Shown piece by piece: positions 18,415-29,125 of a stretch of 64,000 bases of DNA (the stretch's first letter is position 1; each line of letters begins with the position of its first letter). The notes under the pieces are model-generated. The model saw only the letters and a list, made by a program, of their open reading frames with translations. It made no database searches and was not told the DNA's origin. The stretch lies in the IMG/VR virus record IMGVR_UViG_3300030110_003684; one strand, given 5' to 3'. The stretch comes from an uncultured virus (IMG/VR IMGVR_UViG_3300030110_003684). Its lineage: Duplodnaviria > Heunggongvirae > Uroviricota > Caudoviricetes. The position numbers were made by a program, and so were the translations under genes.

Positions 18415-21400
18415 ATGCCACAGCAGACGAACCTCAACGTAGCACCATATTTTGATGACTTTGATCCATCTAATGATTATCATAAGGTGCTGTTTAAACC
18501 TGGATATGCTGTCCAGGCTAGGGAATTAACATCTCTCCAATCGATTCTGCAGAATCAAATCGAAAGATTTGGTCAGCACTTCTTTAAAGAAGGTGAAAAG
18601 GTTATACCTGGAAATACTGGATACAATAGAATTTACAACTGTGTTCAATTAGTGAACACATTTCAAGGAGTTCCAGTCTCTGCATACGCTGAACAGTTAG
18701 AAGGAACTCAAATTACAGGTTTGACTTCTGGTGTGACAGCATATGTTGATTCGGTTCTTCTTCCTGAGGACTCTGAGAGAGGAAACCTTACTCTTTATAT
18801 TAACTACTTAAACTCAAGTACCACAAACAATTCTACTGAGGTATTTAATGATGCTGAAGAACTTGCCTGTAATGAGATTATCTCTTCAGGTCTTTTAGGA
18901 AACAGTACAATAAGTGCTGGAGCTCCTTTTGGTGCTACCTTATCAAATGATGCTGGACAAACTGGTTCTTCATTCCAGATACAAAACGGTGTTTATTTTA
19001 TTAGAGGTAACTTTGTAAATGTTGACAAAGAAACTCTTGTCCTTGATCAATATGGTACAACTCCAAGTTACAGAATTGGTCTTTTTGTAAATGAAGAAAT
19101 AATTACCGCAGATTTAGACGAAACTCTTAACGATAATTCTCAAGGATTCAATAACTATGCTGCACCAGGTGCAGATAGACTTAAAATTAGCACTTCCCTC
19201 ATTAAAAAATCTCTTGATGATTTAGATGATGGATCTTTTGTTGAACTAGGAGTTGTAGTAAACGGAGTTTTACGAACTAAACTAAAAAAAACTGGTCTTG
19301 GTAGTGGTGTTGGTTATAATGATATTACTGATGTTCTAGCGAGAAGAACATTTGCTGAATCTGGTGATTATTATGTAACTCCTTTTGATATTACTATGAA
19401 GGAGTCTCTGAATAATAACAGAGGAAATGGTGGTGTATATAATGCGGGTCAATTTACGTATGGTGGTTCTGCACCTTCTGATGACCTTGCATTGTATAGA
19501 GTCTCTGCCGGTAGAGCATTTGTAAGAGGATATGATATTGAAACTCTGGATGCAACTTACCTTGATGTAGACAAACCAAGAACCACCAAGACAATTGAAG
19601 ATCAGTCTGTAATTTATAATACTGGACCAACACTTAAACTTAACAACGTTAATAGAACACCCTCTGTTGGTATTGGAAGCACTTACGTTTTGAGTTTGAG
19701 AGATCAAAGAGTTGGTCCAGATATTGATGCTGATGGTGCTCCTGGAAATGAAATTGGTTTGGCAAGAGTTTATGACTTTAGAATAGAGTCGGGTTCATAT
19801 GATAATACAAATGCAGATTTAAATCAGTGGGGTATCTCTCTTTATGATGTTCAATCTTTTACAACTTTAACATTAAATCAAGCGACCAGTTTATCAGTTC
19901 CAACATTTGTAAAAGGTCATAGGAGTGGTGCAACTGCATTTATTAGGTCTGCAGTATCTAATAGTAAAACAGTTACCCTGTACGAAACTCAGGGTGAGTT
20001 TGTTGATAACGAACCACTTTTCTTTGATGGTATACTAAATGGAAGAATTTCTATTGCTGCCACCTCTCATGGTATCGGTGATGTAAAGTCTGTTTTTGGA
20101 ACCACAGATGGTACAACTGGAATTCACACATTTAGTGCTGATACTGTTCAGTCAGTAGCTCTTAACGTTGGTGTTGCAACTATTACACCTAGAGACCAGG
20201 GCGGTATAAGCACAGTAAGAAGCACTAATCCACTTTTCCCCGGAACTGCCCTTAAATTAGATAGTTTAATTCAATATAGCGATTTTGCTGCGGTTATTGG
20301 TGATGATCAAGATCCAGTATTAGGAAGAGTTGTATCAGTCGGATCATCTCATATTGATTTTGTTGGAGTTGCAACAGTAACTGGAATCGCTGGTGGTAAG
20401 TTACCAACGGCAGTAACTAGCGTAACTGACTTAAAGGTCTTAACTACACCGCTTGATCCGTCAACTGACAATTCATTATTCACTAAACTTCCAAAAGAAA
20501 ATATTGAAAGTGTAAATCTTACTGATGCTATTCTAACTGTTAGAAAAACATTTAGTGTAAATATCGCAAGTAATAAATTATCCAGCTCTATTACTGCTGA
20601 TGATAATGAGGTATTTTTACCCTTTACCTCGACGAGATATTCTCTTATTAGAGAAGATGGAACCACTGAAGAGTTAACTGCTGATAAGTTCACAATTACC
20701 TCACCTGGAGGAAAGAGCACTCTTCAAATAAACGGTCTTGGATCTAACGATACTGGATCTACTCTGATTGCGACTATTAGAAAGAGAAAACCAAAAGCGA
20801 AAGTAAAAGTAAGAAACAGAGTTCAGTCAATTATTGTTGATAAATCCAAAAATGTTGGTTCTGGTATTGGAACTACAACATTGAATGATGGTCTTACCTA
20901 CGGTAATTATCCTTTTGGAACCAGAGTTCAAGATGAAAGAATTTCACTTAATGCTCCTGATGTAATTGAAATTCATGGAATCTTTGAATCTGCAGATACA
21001 ACTAATCCATCTTCACCAACACTAACTTTACAGTCAATAACAAGTGTATCTTCAACAATTAATGAATTTACAATTGGCGAACTTGTTGTAGGACAAGATT
21101 CTGGTGCAACTGCAATTATCGCTGAAAAAACTTCAGTTGCAGATTCAAAAATTGCTGTTCTTTACAAAAACGATATTTTGTTTAGAGAGGGTGAAACAAT
21201 AATTTCATCAGAGACTAATATTAACGCAGTTGTGAATACTGCAGATGCATCAAGTTTTGATGTATCCACTAATTTTTTCTTTAATAATGGACAAGAACAA
21301 ACATTCTATGATTATGGGACAATAAAGAGAAAATCAGATTCATCAGAACCTACTAGAAAGTTAAGAGTATACTACAAGAGCGCATCATATGAAAGCACTG

Positions 21401-24400
21401 ACGATGGTGATATCACCACGGTTGGATCATATGATAATTTTGATTACTCCAGTGAAATTGGTATTGTTGGAAGTTCTGGAAACTCTGACATCATTGATAT
21501 TAGACCAAGAGTAAGTTCAATCGCAAGTGTTTCTGAGGGAGATAGATCTCCTCTTGAATTTTTAGGAAGAGTATTTACTGGATCTGGAGACTCGGCAAAA
21601 AATATTTTAGCATCAGATGAATCACTATTCATTGATTTCTCTTACTATCAAGGAAGAATTGATAGAATTTTTCTGACTAAAGATGGTAAATTTCAAGTTA
21701 AGTATGGTATTCCCTCAGATAGACCAGAACCACCTCTTGTAGTTGATGATGCGATTGAAATTTGTTCTATTACCTTACCTCCTTATCTTTACAATACGGT
21801 ACAAGCTTCACTGAAGTTTAATACTCATAAAAGATATCGTATGCAGGATATCTACAAACTTGAGGATAGAATTAAAAATCTTGAGTATTATACATCACTC
21901 TCGATGCTTGAAACTAACACAGCAAATTTATTCGTCCCTGATGCTGATGGTTTGAATAGATTTAAGTCTGGTTTCTTTGTTGATAACTTTACTTCATTTA
22001 AACCACAAGAAGAAGGACTTCAAATTAAGAACAGTATTGATGCTGAGAAAAAAGAATTTAGACCAACTCACTATACTAACTCAGTTGATTTGATTCAGGG
22101 TCCTGTTGTTAACAATGATACGACCGCAGATCTAAATTTTACTGCAATTGAGGGCAATAATGTAAGAAAACAAAGTGATGTAATCACTCTTGATTATGCA
22201 GAAGTTGAGTGGTTGAAGCAATCATTTGCTACAAGAACTGAAAGTGTCACCCCTTTCTTAATTAGTTTCTGGAAGGGTTCTATGGAACTTACACCAGCAT
22301 CTGATACATGGGTTGACACCGCAAGAATGAAAGCAAAAGTAATTGACGTTGAAGGTGATTTTGCATCTACTCTAGAGTTGCTTGCAAGAACAGAAAATGT
22401 TGATCGTCAAACAGGCATGGCACCCATGGTTTGGAATGCCTGGGAAACTAACTGGACTGGCACTACCATCACAAACACAACACGTAGGAGAGAAACTTCA
22501 TCTTCCTCCACCTTTGGAATGGGTGGTTGGATTAATAACTATAGCGGTGGATTTGGTAACCCTGCACGTATGATTCAGGCAACAGATACTAATGTTATTG
22601 AAGAAACTCTTCAAAATACAGTTGAAACTGGTGTCATGTCCAGATCTGGAACTAGAACTATTGTAACAGAACAGTTTGATAGGGAGTCTGTTGGTGACAG
22701 AGTTGTAAGTAGGGACATTGTTCCGTTTATGAGATCTAGAAATCTCGAATTTGTATCTAAAAGAATGAAACCTCTTACAAGAATGTATGCATTCTTTGAT
22801 GGAGAAGATGTTACAAGGTTCTGTGTTCCAAAACTTCTTGAAATTAGCATGGTCTCTGGAACATTTGCAGTTGGAGAAACCATAACCGGAAGAATGAATA
22901 GAACCGGTTTAGATCAAAACACAGGTAACACTGAGGCAAACATCACATTTAGAGTCGCACAGTCAAACCATAGAGAGGGACCATATGACGTTCCTACAGC
23001 GACATTTACAGAGGATCCATACAATAATACACCACTCTCTGGATCATACTCATCCACATCAGAGATTGTGAATGTTGACACTTTCTCTCTTTCTGCTGAA
23101 GCACAGGGTGAGTTCTTTGGATTTGTAGCACCAGGAATGGTTCTCACAGGTGGATCAAGTGGAGCACAAGCAACAATCAAAGATGTTAGATTACTCTCCG
23201 ACCTTGCTGCTAATTTAACTGGTAGTTTCTTTATTCCAGATCCAAATTCTAGAACTTTCCCTGAATTTGAAACTGGAACCAAGAGTTTTACTCTTATCAA
23301 TGATCCTGATAATAATCAAGATCTTTGTAACACGATTGCAGAGGAAGCATTTACTTCTGCAGGAACTCTTGAAACTATTCAAGAAAATATTCTTTCGATT
23401 AGAAATGCAAGAGTAGAGCGTAGACAAGAATTCCAAGAGAGGAATGTGAACCGTGATCTTGGAACTCAAGTTGTTGGTGCTCGAAATGTTTCTACTTCTA
23501 GACAAGAGGAAATTATTGGATGGTATGATCCTCTGGCACAATCCTTCCTTGTGGAAGATGATACAGGTATTTTCTTAACTAAATGTGATATCTTCTTTGC
23601 AACTAAAGATGACATGAATATTCCTGTTGTCTTCCAGTTAAGAACTATGGAGAATGGTCTTCCAACTCAAAAGATTATTCCTTTCTCTGAAATTGTTATT
23701 GCTCCAGAGGACGTAACGACTTCTGCTGATGGTTCTGTAGCAACTACAGTTGAATTTAAAGCACCTGTATATCTTGAAGGTGGAAATACTGAATACGCTA
23801 TCTGCCTCGCATCTAACTCAACCAAATATAGTGTTTATATTTCTCGTATTGGTGAAAACGATCTTCTCTCCGATACGTTTATTTCAAATCAACCATATCT
23901 TGGATCTCTGTTTAAGTCACAAAACGCATCAACATGGGAACCAAGTCAGTGGGAAGATCTTAAGTTTACTCTTTATAGAGCAGACTTTATTGAGAGTGGT
24001 TCTGTTGAGTTCTATAGTCCTGAACTGACTAAAGGCAACGGAATGATTCCAAGACTACTGCCAGACTCACTTGTTCTAAACACTAAGAAAATTAGAGTTG
24101 GACTTGGAACTACAATCGGTGATACTGGATATGAAGTTGGTAACACGTTCTTCCAGTTAGGAACTCAAGCAAGCGGTGATTTGGTTGGTGTTGCAGCAAA
24201 AGCAACTACAATTGCAGTCTCTAATCCTGGAATTGGATACACTCCTTCTACGGGATCTAGATCATTTAACAGTGTTAATTTAGTTACTTTAAGTGGCAAT
24301 GGAAGAGGCGCAGTAGCAGATGTATTTGTAAATGCTGGAGCGATTGGTGTTGCAACAATTACAAACGGTGGTTCTGGTTATCAAGTGGGTGATGTTGTTG

Positions 24401-25989
24401 GTATTTCTACAATTGGTATCGCAACCGTTGGTAGAAATTCACGACTGACAATTACTGGTATTGGAATGACAAGTGAACTTATCTTTGAAAATGTTCAGGG
24501 TGAGTTTGTTACAGGTGTTGGTAATACCTTGATGTATGTAAATAGCGCAGGGGTTACTACTCAGTTTAACTTTAAAGATGCTGTTGGTGTTGGAAATACA
24601 ATCTCTAATATTATTACTGATACCGATGGTTTACATATTAAGATAAATCATAAAAATCATGGTATGTATTTCACTGATAATAGAGTTGCTATTAGTGATG
24701 TTCAACCTGATATTAAACCAACAAAACTTTCTGCAGAATTCTCACTTGGTTCTACTGGTGAAATTTCTGTTAATGCTGGGACTAATTTTGGAACTTTTGA
24801 AAATGTCGGTGTTGGAACAACAAACGTTGGATTCTTAAAAATTGGCAATGAGATTATTGAATACACTAATGTAACTGGAAATGTTATTGGTGGAACTATT
24901 ACTAGAGGAAATAATCAAGCTAACTATCCAGTTGGAACACCTGTATTTAAATATGAACTTGGTGGAGTTAATTTACATAGAATTAACAAAACTCATAACT
25001 TGAATGATGTAACAGTAAGCAATCCAATTACGTTTGATTCATATAATGTAAAACTTGATATGTCAGAAACCTTTAATACAGGAACTGGCACAAGTGCAGA
25101 TGACAGAAGTAATGATGTAGGTCTTCCCAAGTTGTTTATGAATAAAACAAAAACTGCTGGTGGATATGACATTAGAGCATCTCAAAATATGCCATTTGAA
25201 ATTCTTACACCAATTATTCAAAATGTAACAGTTCGTGGAACTTCACTTAATGCTGAAGTAAGAACAACATCAAGTCAAAGTATAAGTGGAAATGAAATTC
25301 CATTCATCGATGAAGGATTTACTGATCTTAATATCAACACACCTAATTATTTTGAATCCCCAAGAATGATTTCATCTAAGGTTAATGAGACTGCAAAACT
25401 TGATAATATTCCTGGAAACAAATCCCTGAATATGAGAATGTTCCTTGGAACTATTGATACGAGAGTAAGTCCAGTCATTGACGCACAAAGAGTTTCTGTT
25501 ATTACAACATCAAATAGAGTTAATAGTGCGATTACAAACTATGCAACTGATTCAAGAGTAAATACTCTTAGAGAAGATCCTACAGCATGTCAATACATTT
25601 CTAAAGAAGTCGTATTGGAAAATCCTGCGTCTTCACTGAAGATTCTTGTTTCTGCTCACGTAAATGCACTATCTGATATTAGAGCACTATACGCTATTAG
25701 TGATAAGCAAGGATTTGATCCTATCTTCCAACTCTTCCCAGGTTATGATAATTTAAATACTAGAGGTCAAGTAATTGATTCTAGTTTGAGTGATGGTCAA
25801 TCAGATTCTAAAATAATTAGATCTGATAATTATAACTTTGATAGTTTAAATCTTGATTATAAGGAAATGACATTTACTATTGATCAACTGCCTGCATTTA
25901 GATCTTATAGAATTAAACTTCTTCTTACATCTACGAGTCAGGTGTATGTTCCTAGAGTTAAGGATCTCAGAGTTATTGCACTTGCATAA
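18415..25989 (+). CDS. Large virion structural protein (VrlC/DUF4815-like), 2524 aa
   Basis: 'MPQQTNLNVAPYFDDF...VLFKPG..VQARELT.LQSILQNQIE', 'RIKNLEYYTSLS.LE', 'DPLAQSF'; follows gp8 as in T4-like cyanophages. Confidence 0.8.
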   Translation: MPQQTNLNVAPYFDDFDPSNDYHKVLFKPGYAVQARELTSLQSILQNQIERFGQHFFKEGEKVIPGNTGYNRIYNCVQLVNTFQGVPVSAYAEQLEGTQITGLTSGVTAYVDSVLLPEDSERGNLTLYINYLNSSTTNNSTEVFNDAEELACNEIISSGLLGNSTISAGAPFGATLSNDAGQTGSSFQIQNGVYFIRGNFVNVDKETLVLDQYGTTPSYRIGLFVNEEIITADLDETLNDNSQGFNNYAAPGADRLKISTSLIKKSLDDLDDGSFVELGVVVNGVLRTKLKKTGLGSGVGYNDITDVLARRTFAESGDYYVTPFDITMKESLNNNRGNGGVYNAGQFTYGGSAPSDDLALYRVSAGRAFVRGYDIETLDATYLDVDKPRTTKTIEDQSVIYNTGPTLKLNNVNRTPSVGIGSTYVLSLRDQRVGPDIDADGAPGNEIGLARVYDFRIESGSYDNTNADLNQWGISLYDVQSFTTLTLNQATSLSVPTFVKGHRSGATAFIRSAVSNSKTVTLYETQGEFVDNEPLFFDGILNGRISIAATSHGIGDVKSVFGTTDGTTGIHTFSADTVQSVALNVGVATITPRDQGGISTVRSTNPLFPGTALKLDSLIQYSDFAAVIGDDQDPVLGRVVSVGSSHIDFVGVATVTGIAGGKLPTAVTSVTDLKVLTTPLDPSTDNSLFTKLPKENIESVNLTDAILTVRKTFSVNIASNKLSSSITADDNEVFLPFTSTRYSLIREDGTTEELTADKFTITSPGGKSTLQINGLGSNDTGSTLIATIRKRKPKAKVKVRNRVQSIIVDKSKNVGSGIGTTTLNDGLTYGNYPFGTRVQDERISLNAPDVIEIHGIFESADTTNPSSPTLTLQSITSVSSTINEFTIGELVVGQDSGATAIIAEKTSVADSKIAVLYKNDILFREGETIISSETNINAVVNTADASSFDVSTNFFFNNGQEQTFYDYGTIKRKSDSSEPTRKLRVYYKSASYESTDDGDITTVGSYDNFDYSSEIGIVGSSGNSDIIDIRPRVSSIASVSEGDRSPLEFLGRVFTGSGDSAKNILASDESLFIDFSYYQGRIDRIFLTKDGKFQVKYGIPSDRPEPPLVVDDAIEICSITLPPYLYNTVQASLKFNTHKRYRMQDIYKLEDRIKNLEYYTSLSMLETNTANLFVPDADGLNRFKSGFFVDNFTSFKPQEEGLQIKNSIDAEKKEFRPTHYTNSVDLIQGPVVNNDTTADLNFTAIEGNNVRKQSDVITLDYAEVEWLKQSFATRTESVTPFLISFWKGSMELTPASDTWVDTARMKAKVIDVEGDFASTLELLARTENVDRQTGMAPMVWNAWETNWTGTTITNTTRRRETSSSSTFGMGGWINNYSGGFGNPARMIQATDTNVIEETLQNTVETGVMSRSGTRTIVTEQFDRESVGDRVVSRDIVPFMRSRNLEFVSKRMKPLTRMYAFFDGEDVTRFCVPKLLEISMVSGTFAVGETITGRMNRTGLDQNTGNTEANITFRVAQSNHREGPYDVPTATFTEDPYNNTPLSGSYSSTSEIVNVDTFSLSAEAQGEFFGFVAPGMVLTGGSSGAQATIKDVRLLSDLAANLTGSFFIPDPNSRTFPEFETGTKSFTLINDPDNNQDLCNTIAEEAFTSAGTLETIQENILSIRNARVERRQEFQERNVNRDLGTQVVGARNVSTSRQEEIIGWYDPLAQSFLVEDDTGIFLTKCDIFFATKDDMNIPVVFQLRTMENGLPTQKIIPFSEIVIAPEDVTTSADGSVATTVEFKAPVYLEGGNTEYAICLASNSTKYSVYISRIGENDLLSDTFISNQPYLGSLFKSQNASTWEPSQWEDLKFTLYRADFIESGSVEFYSPELTKGNGMIPRLLPDSLVLNTKKIRVGLGTTIGDTGYEVGNTFFQLGTQASGDLVGVAAKATTIAVSNPGIGYTPSTGSRSFNSVNLVTLSGNGRGAVADVFVNAGAIGVATITNGGSGYQVGDVVGISTIGIATVGRNSRLTITGIGMTSELIFENVQGEFVTGVGNTLMYVNSAGVTTQFNFKDAVGVGNTISNIITDTDGLHIKINHKNHGMYFTDNRVAISDVQPDIKPTKLSAEFSLGSTGEISVNAGTNFGTFENVGVGTTNVGFLKIGNEIIEYTNVTGNVIGGTITRGNNQANYPVGTPVFKYELGGVNLHRINKTHNLNDVTVSNPITFDSYNVKLDMSETFNTGTGTSADDRSNDVGLPKLFMNKTKTAGGYDIRASQNMPFEILTPIIQNVTVRGTSLNAEVRTTSSQSISGNEIPFIDEGFTDLNINTPNYFESPRMISSKVNETAKLDNIPGNKSLNMRMFLGTIDTRVSPVIDAQRVSVITTSNRVNSAITNYATDSRVNTLREDPTACQYISKEVVLENPASSLKILVSAHVNALSDIRALYAISDKQGFDPIFQLFPGYDNLNTRGQVIDSSLSDGQSDSKIIRSDNYNFDSLNLDYKEMTFTIDQLPAFRSYRIKLLLTSTSQVYVPRVKDLRVIALA

Positions 25990-26216
25990 TGGAAAAATAC
26001 ACAGTTGAGGGTCACTCCGATTTAGCGAGAGACCCTAATAATGGATCTATCATTAATGTAAATAGAACTGAATATAATCAGTATCTTGCGAGACGTGAAG
26101 TGAAAAGTGAAAAGACTCAAAAAGTACAGAACATTGAAGATGAACTTGCTAACATGAAAGGTGACATTGACGAAATCAAATCATTACTAAAGGAGTTATT
26201 ACATGGATCCAGATAG
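25989..26216 (+). CDS. Small hypothetical protein with C-terminal coiled coil
   Basis: 75 aa; TAATG overlap with the upstream stop; 'VEGHSDLARD..GSIIN' followed by heptad-like C-terminus. Confidence 0.75.
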   Translation: MEKYTVEGHSDLARDPNNGSIINVNRTEYNQYLARREVKSEKTQKVQNIEDELANMKGDIDEIKSLLKELLHGSR

Positions 26217-26382
26217 CATTGAACTAAGCAATCTGTCAAAACAATTTGCTTACACTAAATTAGCATCACAGATAGATAGTTGTGATGATCGTGAAGAACT
26301 TAGAAATATTGCAAAATCTTTTGCAAAATTATATTATAAACAACAAGAAACAATGTCAGTAATAGGTATCCCTAATGGCTAG
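26203..26382 (+). CDS. Small helical protein, possibly NblA-like (59 aa)
   Basis: RBS AAGGAG; MDPDSIELSNLSKQFAYTKLASQIDSCDDREELRNIAKSFAKLYYKQQETMSVIGIPNG; overlaps both neighbours; absent from the ORF track. The ORF is likely real but the NblA call is tentative. Confidence 0.6.
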   Translation: MDPDSIELSNLSKQFAYTKLASQIDSCDDREELRNIAKSFAKLYYKQQETMSVIGIPNG

Positions 26383-26761
26383 TAATAACATTACTTTTGA
26401 TCCAGATTCTGGAATTCCATATGGTGCTAATTTGAGTATCTACACTGGCGGAGACTTTAAAGCAAAATTTAATGTATTTAACACAGCAAATTCTGTATTC
26501 AATTTAAGTGGTTATTCTGGATCTGCTCAAATAAGAAAGAGCACTTCTATAGGGTCTACGACTATCCCTGCCGCAACTCTTACAGTTGGAATCACTAGTG
26601 CTTTAGGTGGTGTTATGGAAGTTTCTATGGGGTCTACGGATACAAGGAACCTTGCTGAGGGAAGATATATGTATGATGTGCTTGTGAGTTCTGGAGCAAC
26701 TTACTATAATATCGTAAATGGAAATGTGTATGTATATCAGGGTATTTCCTCTGCTCCATAA
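26375..26761 (+). CDS. Hypothetical virion-associated beta protein
   Basis: 128 aa; 'NLSGYSGSAQIRK...GRYMYDVLV...IVNGNV.V' pattern resembles small phage structural proteins. Confidence 0.65.
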   Translation: MASNNITFDPDSGIPYGANLSIYTGGDFKAKFNVFNTANSVFNLSGYSGSAQIRKSTSIGSTTIPAATLTVGITSALGGVMEVSMGSTDTRNLAEGRYMYDVLVSSGATYYNIVNGNVYVYQGISSAP

Positions 26762-26764
26762 ATA
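26758..26764 (+). promoter_or_regulatory. T4-like late promoter
   Basis: ATAAATA overlapping the upstream stop codon, before gp13. Confidence 0.7.
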
Positions 26765-26783
26765 ATTAAAAAGTAGTGAATAG

Positions 26784-27629
26784 ATGGCACAACCTGCAAG
26801 TAGGACAGACCTCATAAACTATTGTAAAAGACAGTTGGGTGCTCCTGTCTTAGAAATTAATGTCGCTGACGAGCAAGTTGATGACTTAGTTGATGATGCA
26901 CTGCAATATTTTCATGAAAGACACTTTGATGGAGTAGAACAAACATATTTAAAGTATAAAATTACTCAAGCAGATATAGATAGAGGTCGCGGTAGAGGTG
27001 GTGATAATCCAGTTGGTATTGTAACAACTAGTGCTGAAACAACTATAGTAGGAACTGCAACTACTTTCTCTTATGAGGAAAATAGTAATTATCTTCAAGT
27101 TCCTCCAGCAGTTATAGGTATAAACAAAATTTTTAAATTTGATGGATCTAACACTGTAACTAATAATATGTTCAGTGTAAAATATCAACTCTTTTTGAAT
27201 GATATTTACACATTTAGTTCAATGGAGGTTTTGACTTACGGTATAACAAAGAGATATCTAGAGGATATTGATTTTCTTTTGACCACAGAAAAACAAATAC
27301 GATTTAATCAAAGACAAGATAGATTGTATCTTGATCTTGATTGGTCAAGCGTAACAGTTGATGATTATGTAATAATTGATTGTTATCGTTTATTAGATCC
27401 TAATGATTATGGAAGAGTTTATAATGATTCATTCTTAAAACGATACTTGACTGCTTTGATGAAAAGGCAATGGGGTCAAAATTTAATTAAATTCCAGGGT
27501 GTTAAGTTACCCGGTGGAATTGAACTTAATGGTCGCCAAATTTATGATGATGCTGAAAAAGATCTTGAAGTAATTAGGGAGCAAATGTCAAATACTTATG
27601 AACTTCCTCCTCTTGACATGATAGGTTAA
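26784..27629 (+). CDS. gp13: Neck protein gp13
   Basis: 'YCKRQLGAPVLEINVADEQ', 'KRQWGQNLIKFQGVKLPGGIELNG'. Confidence 0.93.
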   Translation: MAQPASRTDLINYCKRQLGAPVLEINVADEQVDDLVDDALQYFHERHFDGVEQTYLKYKITQADIDRGRGRGGDNPVGIVTTSAETTIVGTATTFSYEENSNYLQVPPAVIGINKIFKFDGSNTVTNNMFSVKYQLFLNDIYTFSSMEVLTYGITKRYLEDIDFLLTTEKQIRFNQRQDRLYLDLDWSSVTVDDYVIIDCYRLLDPNDYGRVYNDSFLKRYLTALMKRQWGQNLIKFQGVKLPGGIELNGRQIYDDAEKDLEVIREQMSNTYELPPLDMIG

Positions 27630-27633
27630 TATC

Positions 27634-29085
27634 ATGGTATTAAATCCCTTTTTCACTCAAGGCACATCAGCTGAACAGAATCTTGTTCAAGACTTGATAA
27701 ATGAGCAGTTAAGAACCTATGGAGTAGAAATATTCTACATTCCTAGAAAGTTTATCACTGAAAAATCCGTTATTCGTGAGGTGGTTCAATCAAAATTTGA
27801 TATGGCACTTCCACTCGAAGCTTATATCGATAACTATGATCAGTATTCTGGAGCAGGTAATCTTCTCTCTAAATTTGGAATTGAATCCAGAGATGAAGTA
27901 AGACTTGTAATATCAAGAGAAAGATATGAAAACTATATCTCACCTCTAATCGAAGATCAAGCAAATATTAAATTATCCACAAGACCAAAAAGTGGTGACT
28001 TAATTTGGTTCCCACTTGACGACAGAATTTATGAAATTAAAGATATTGAGTATGCAAAACCATATTATCAGTTACAAGATCTTTATACATATGAATTAAC
28101 TTGCGAACTCTTCCGCTATGAAGATGAAGTTCTTGCAACTGGTATTGATGAAATTGATAATAATTTAGTTGGTGATGATCCAGATGGAACAACTGAAGAT
28201 GGCATCAGCACCATTCAAGGTGTAACACATACTCTAACATTGGTTGGTACAGGCGTAACCGCCACTGCTGTTACAGGTATCATTACATCTGGTGGTATTA
28301 GATTCATTAACGTTACCAACAGAGGTGGAGGATATGGAGAAATTCCAACTGTCGCTATATCTTCTGCTCCATCTACAGGCATAACTGGTATTGCTACTGC
28401 TACAATGATTGGTGGTATTAATGTTTGTAATCTCAATGCTAATCCAAGATTACAATCAGTACAAACCGTTCCTATTACCAATCCAGGTGCAGGATACACA
28501 GTTGCTCCTAAGATTAAATTCTATGGTGGAAAAGGTGGCACAGGTGCCGCTGCAACCTCAGGAATTGCTGATGGCACAGTAGGAATTATAACTGTAAGTT
28601 CTGGAGGAAGCGGATACACTACAGCACCATCAATTTCACTTTCAAATGAAATATTCTTATCAGGTGTTTCAACATCTTCAGCACAGTTAATTCCAGTATT
28701 AAATGCTGCGGGAACAGTTACTGAGATAAGGATAACCAATGCAGGTTTAGGATACAGTGTGGCACCCACAATAACTGTAAGTTCTCCTGATATGGATTCA
28801 ACAGGTGACTTTATATTTAATGAAATTGTAACAGGACAAACAAGCGGAACAACTGCAAGAGTAAGAACATGGAACTCATCAACTAATGTACTTGAAGTTG
28901 CAAGTGTAAGTGGTGCATTCACGATAGGTGAAGATGTTGTTGGATCTACTTCAGGTGCTTCACATGCACTGAGAGTAATTGATACTACACCTGATAATGA
29001 TCCATTCGCAGATAATTTTGAGATTGAAACTCAGGCAGATAGTATTTTAGACTTCTCTGAGCAAAATCCTTTTGGTATTCCCTAA
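27634..29085 (+). CDS. gp14: Neck protein gp14 with inserted Gly/Thr-rich domains
   Basis: 'EQNLVQDLINEQLRTYG..IFYIPR', 'LLSKFG', 'RPKSGDLIWFP', C-terminal 'LDFSEQNPFG'. Confidence 0.9.
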   Translation: MVLNPFFTQGTSAEQNLVQDLINEQLRTYGVEIFYIPRKFITEKSVIREVVQSKFDMALPLEAYIDNYDQYSGAGNLLSKFGIESRDEVRLVISRERYENYISPLIEDQANIKLSTRPKSGDLIWFPLDDRIYEIKDIEYAKPYYQLQDLYTYELTCELFRYEDEVLATGIDEIDNNLVGDDPDGTTEDGISTIQGVTHTLTLVGTGVTATAVTGIITSGGIRFINVTNRGGGYGEIPTVAISSAPSTGITGIATATMIGGINVCNLNANPRLQSVQTVPITNPGAGYTVAPKIKFYGGKGGTGAAATSGIADGTVGIITVSSGGSGYTTAPSISLSNEIFLSGVSTSSAQLIPVLNAAGTVTEIRITNAGLGYSVAPTITVSSPDMDSTGDFIFNEIVTGQTSGTTARVRTWNSSTNVLEVASVSGAFTIGEDVVGSTSGASHALRVIDTTPDNDPFADNFEIETQADSILDFSEQNPFGIP

Positions 29086-29088
29086 ATA
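29082..29088 (+). promoter_or_regulatory. T4-like late promoter
   Basis: CTAAATA overlapping the gp14 stop, before gp15. Confidence 0.6.
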
Positions 29089-29125
29089 AAGTTAGTCAGA
29101 CTACTTAATGTCTTAAGGTCACAAT

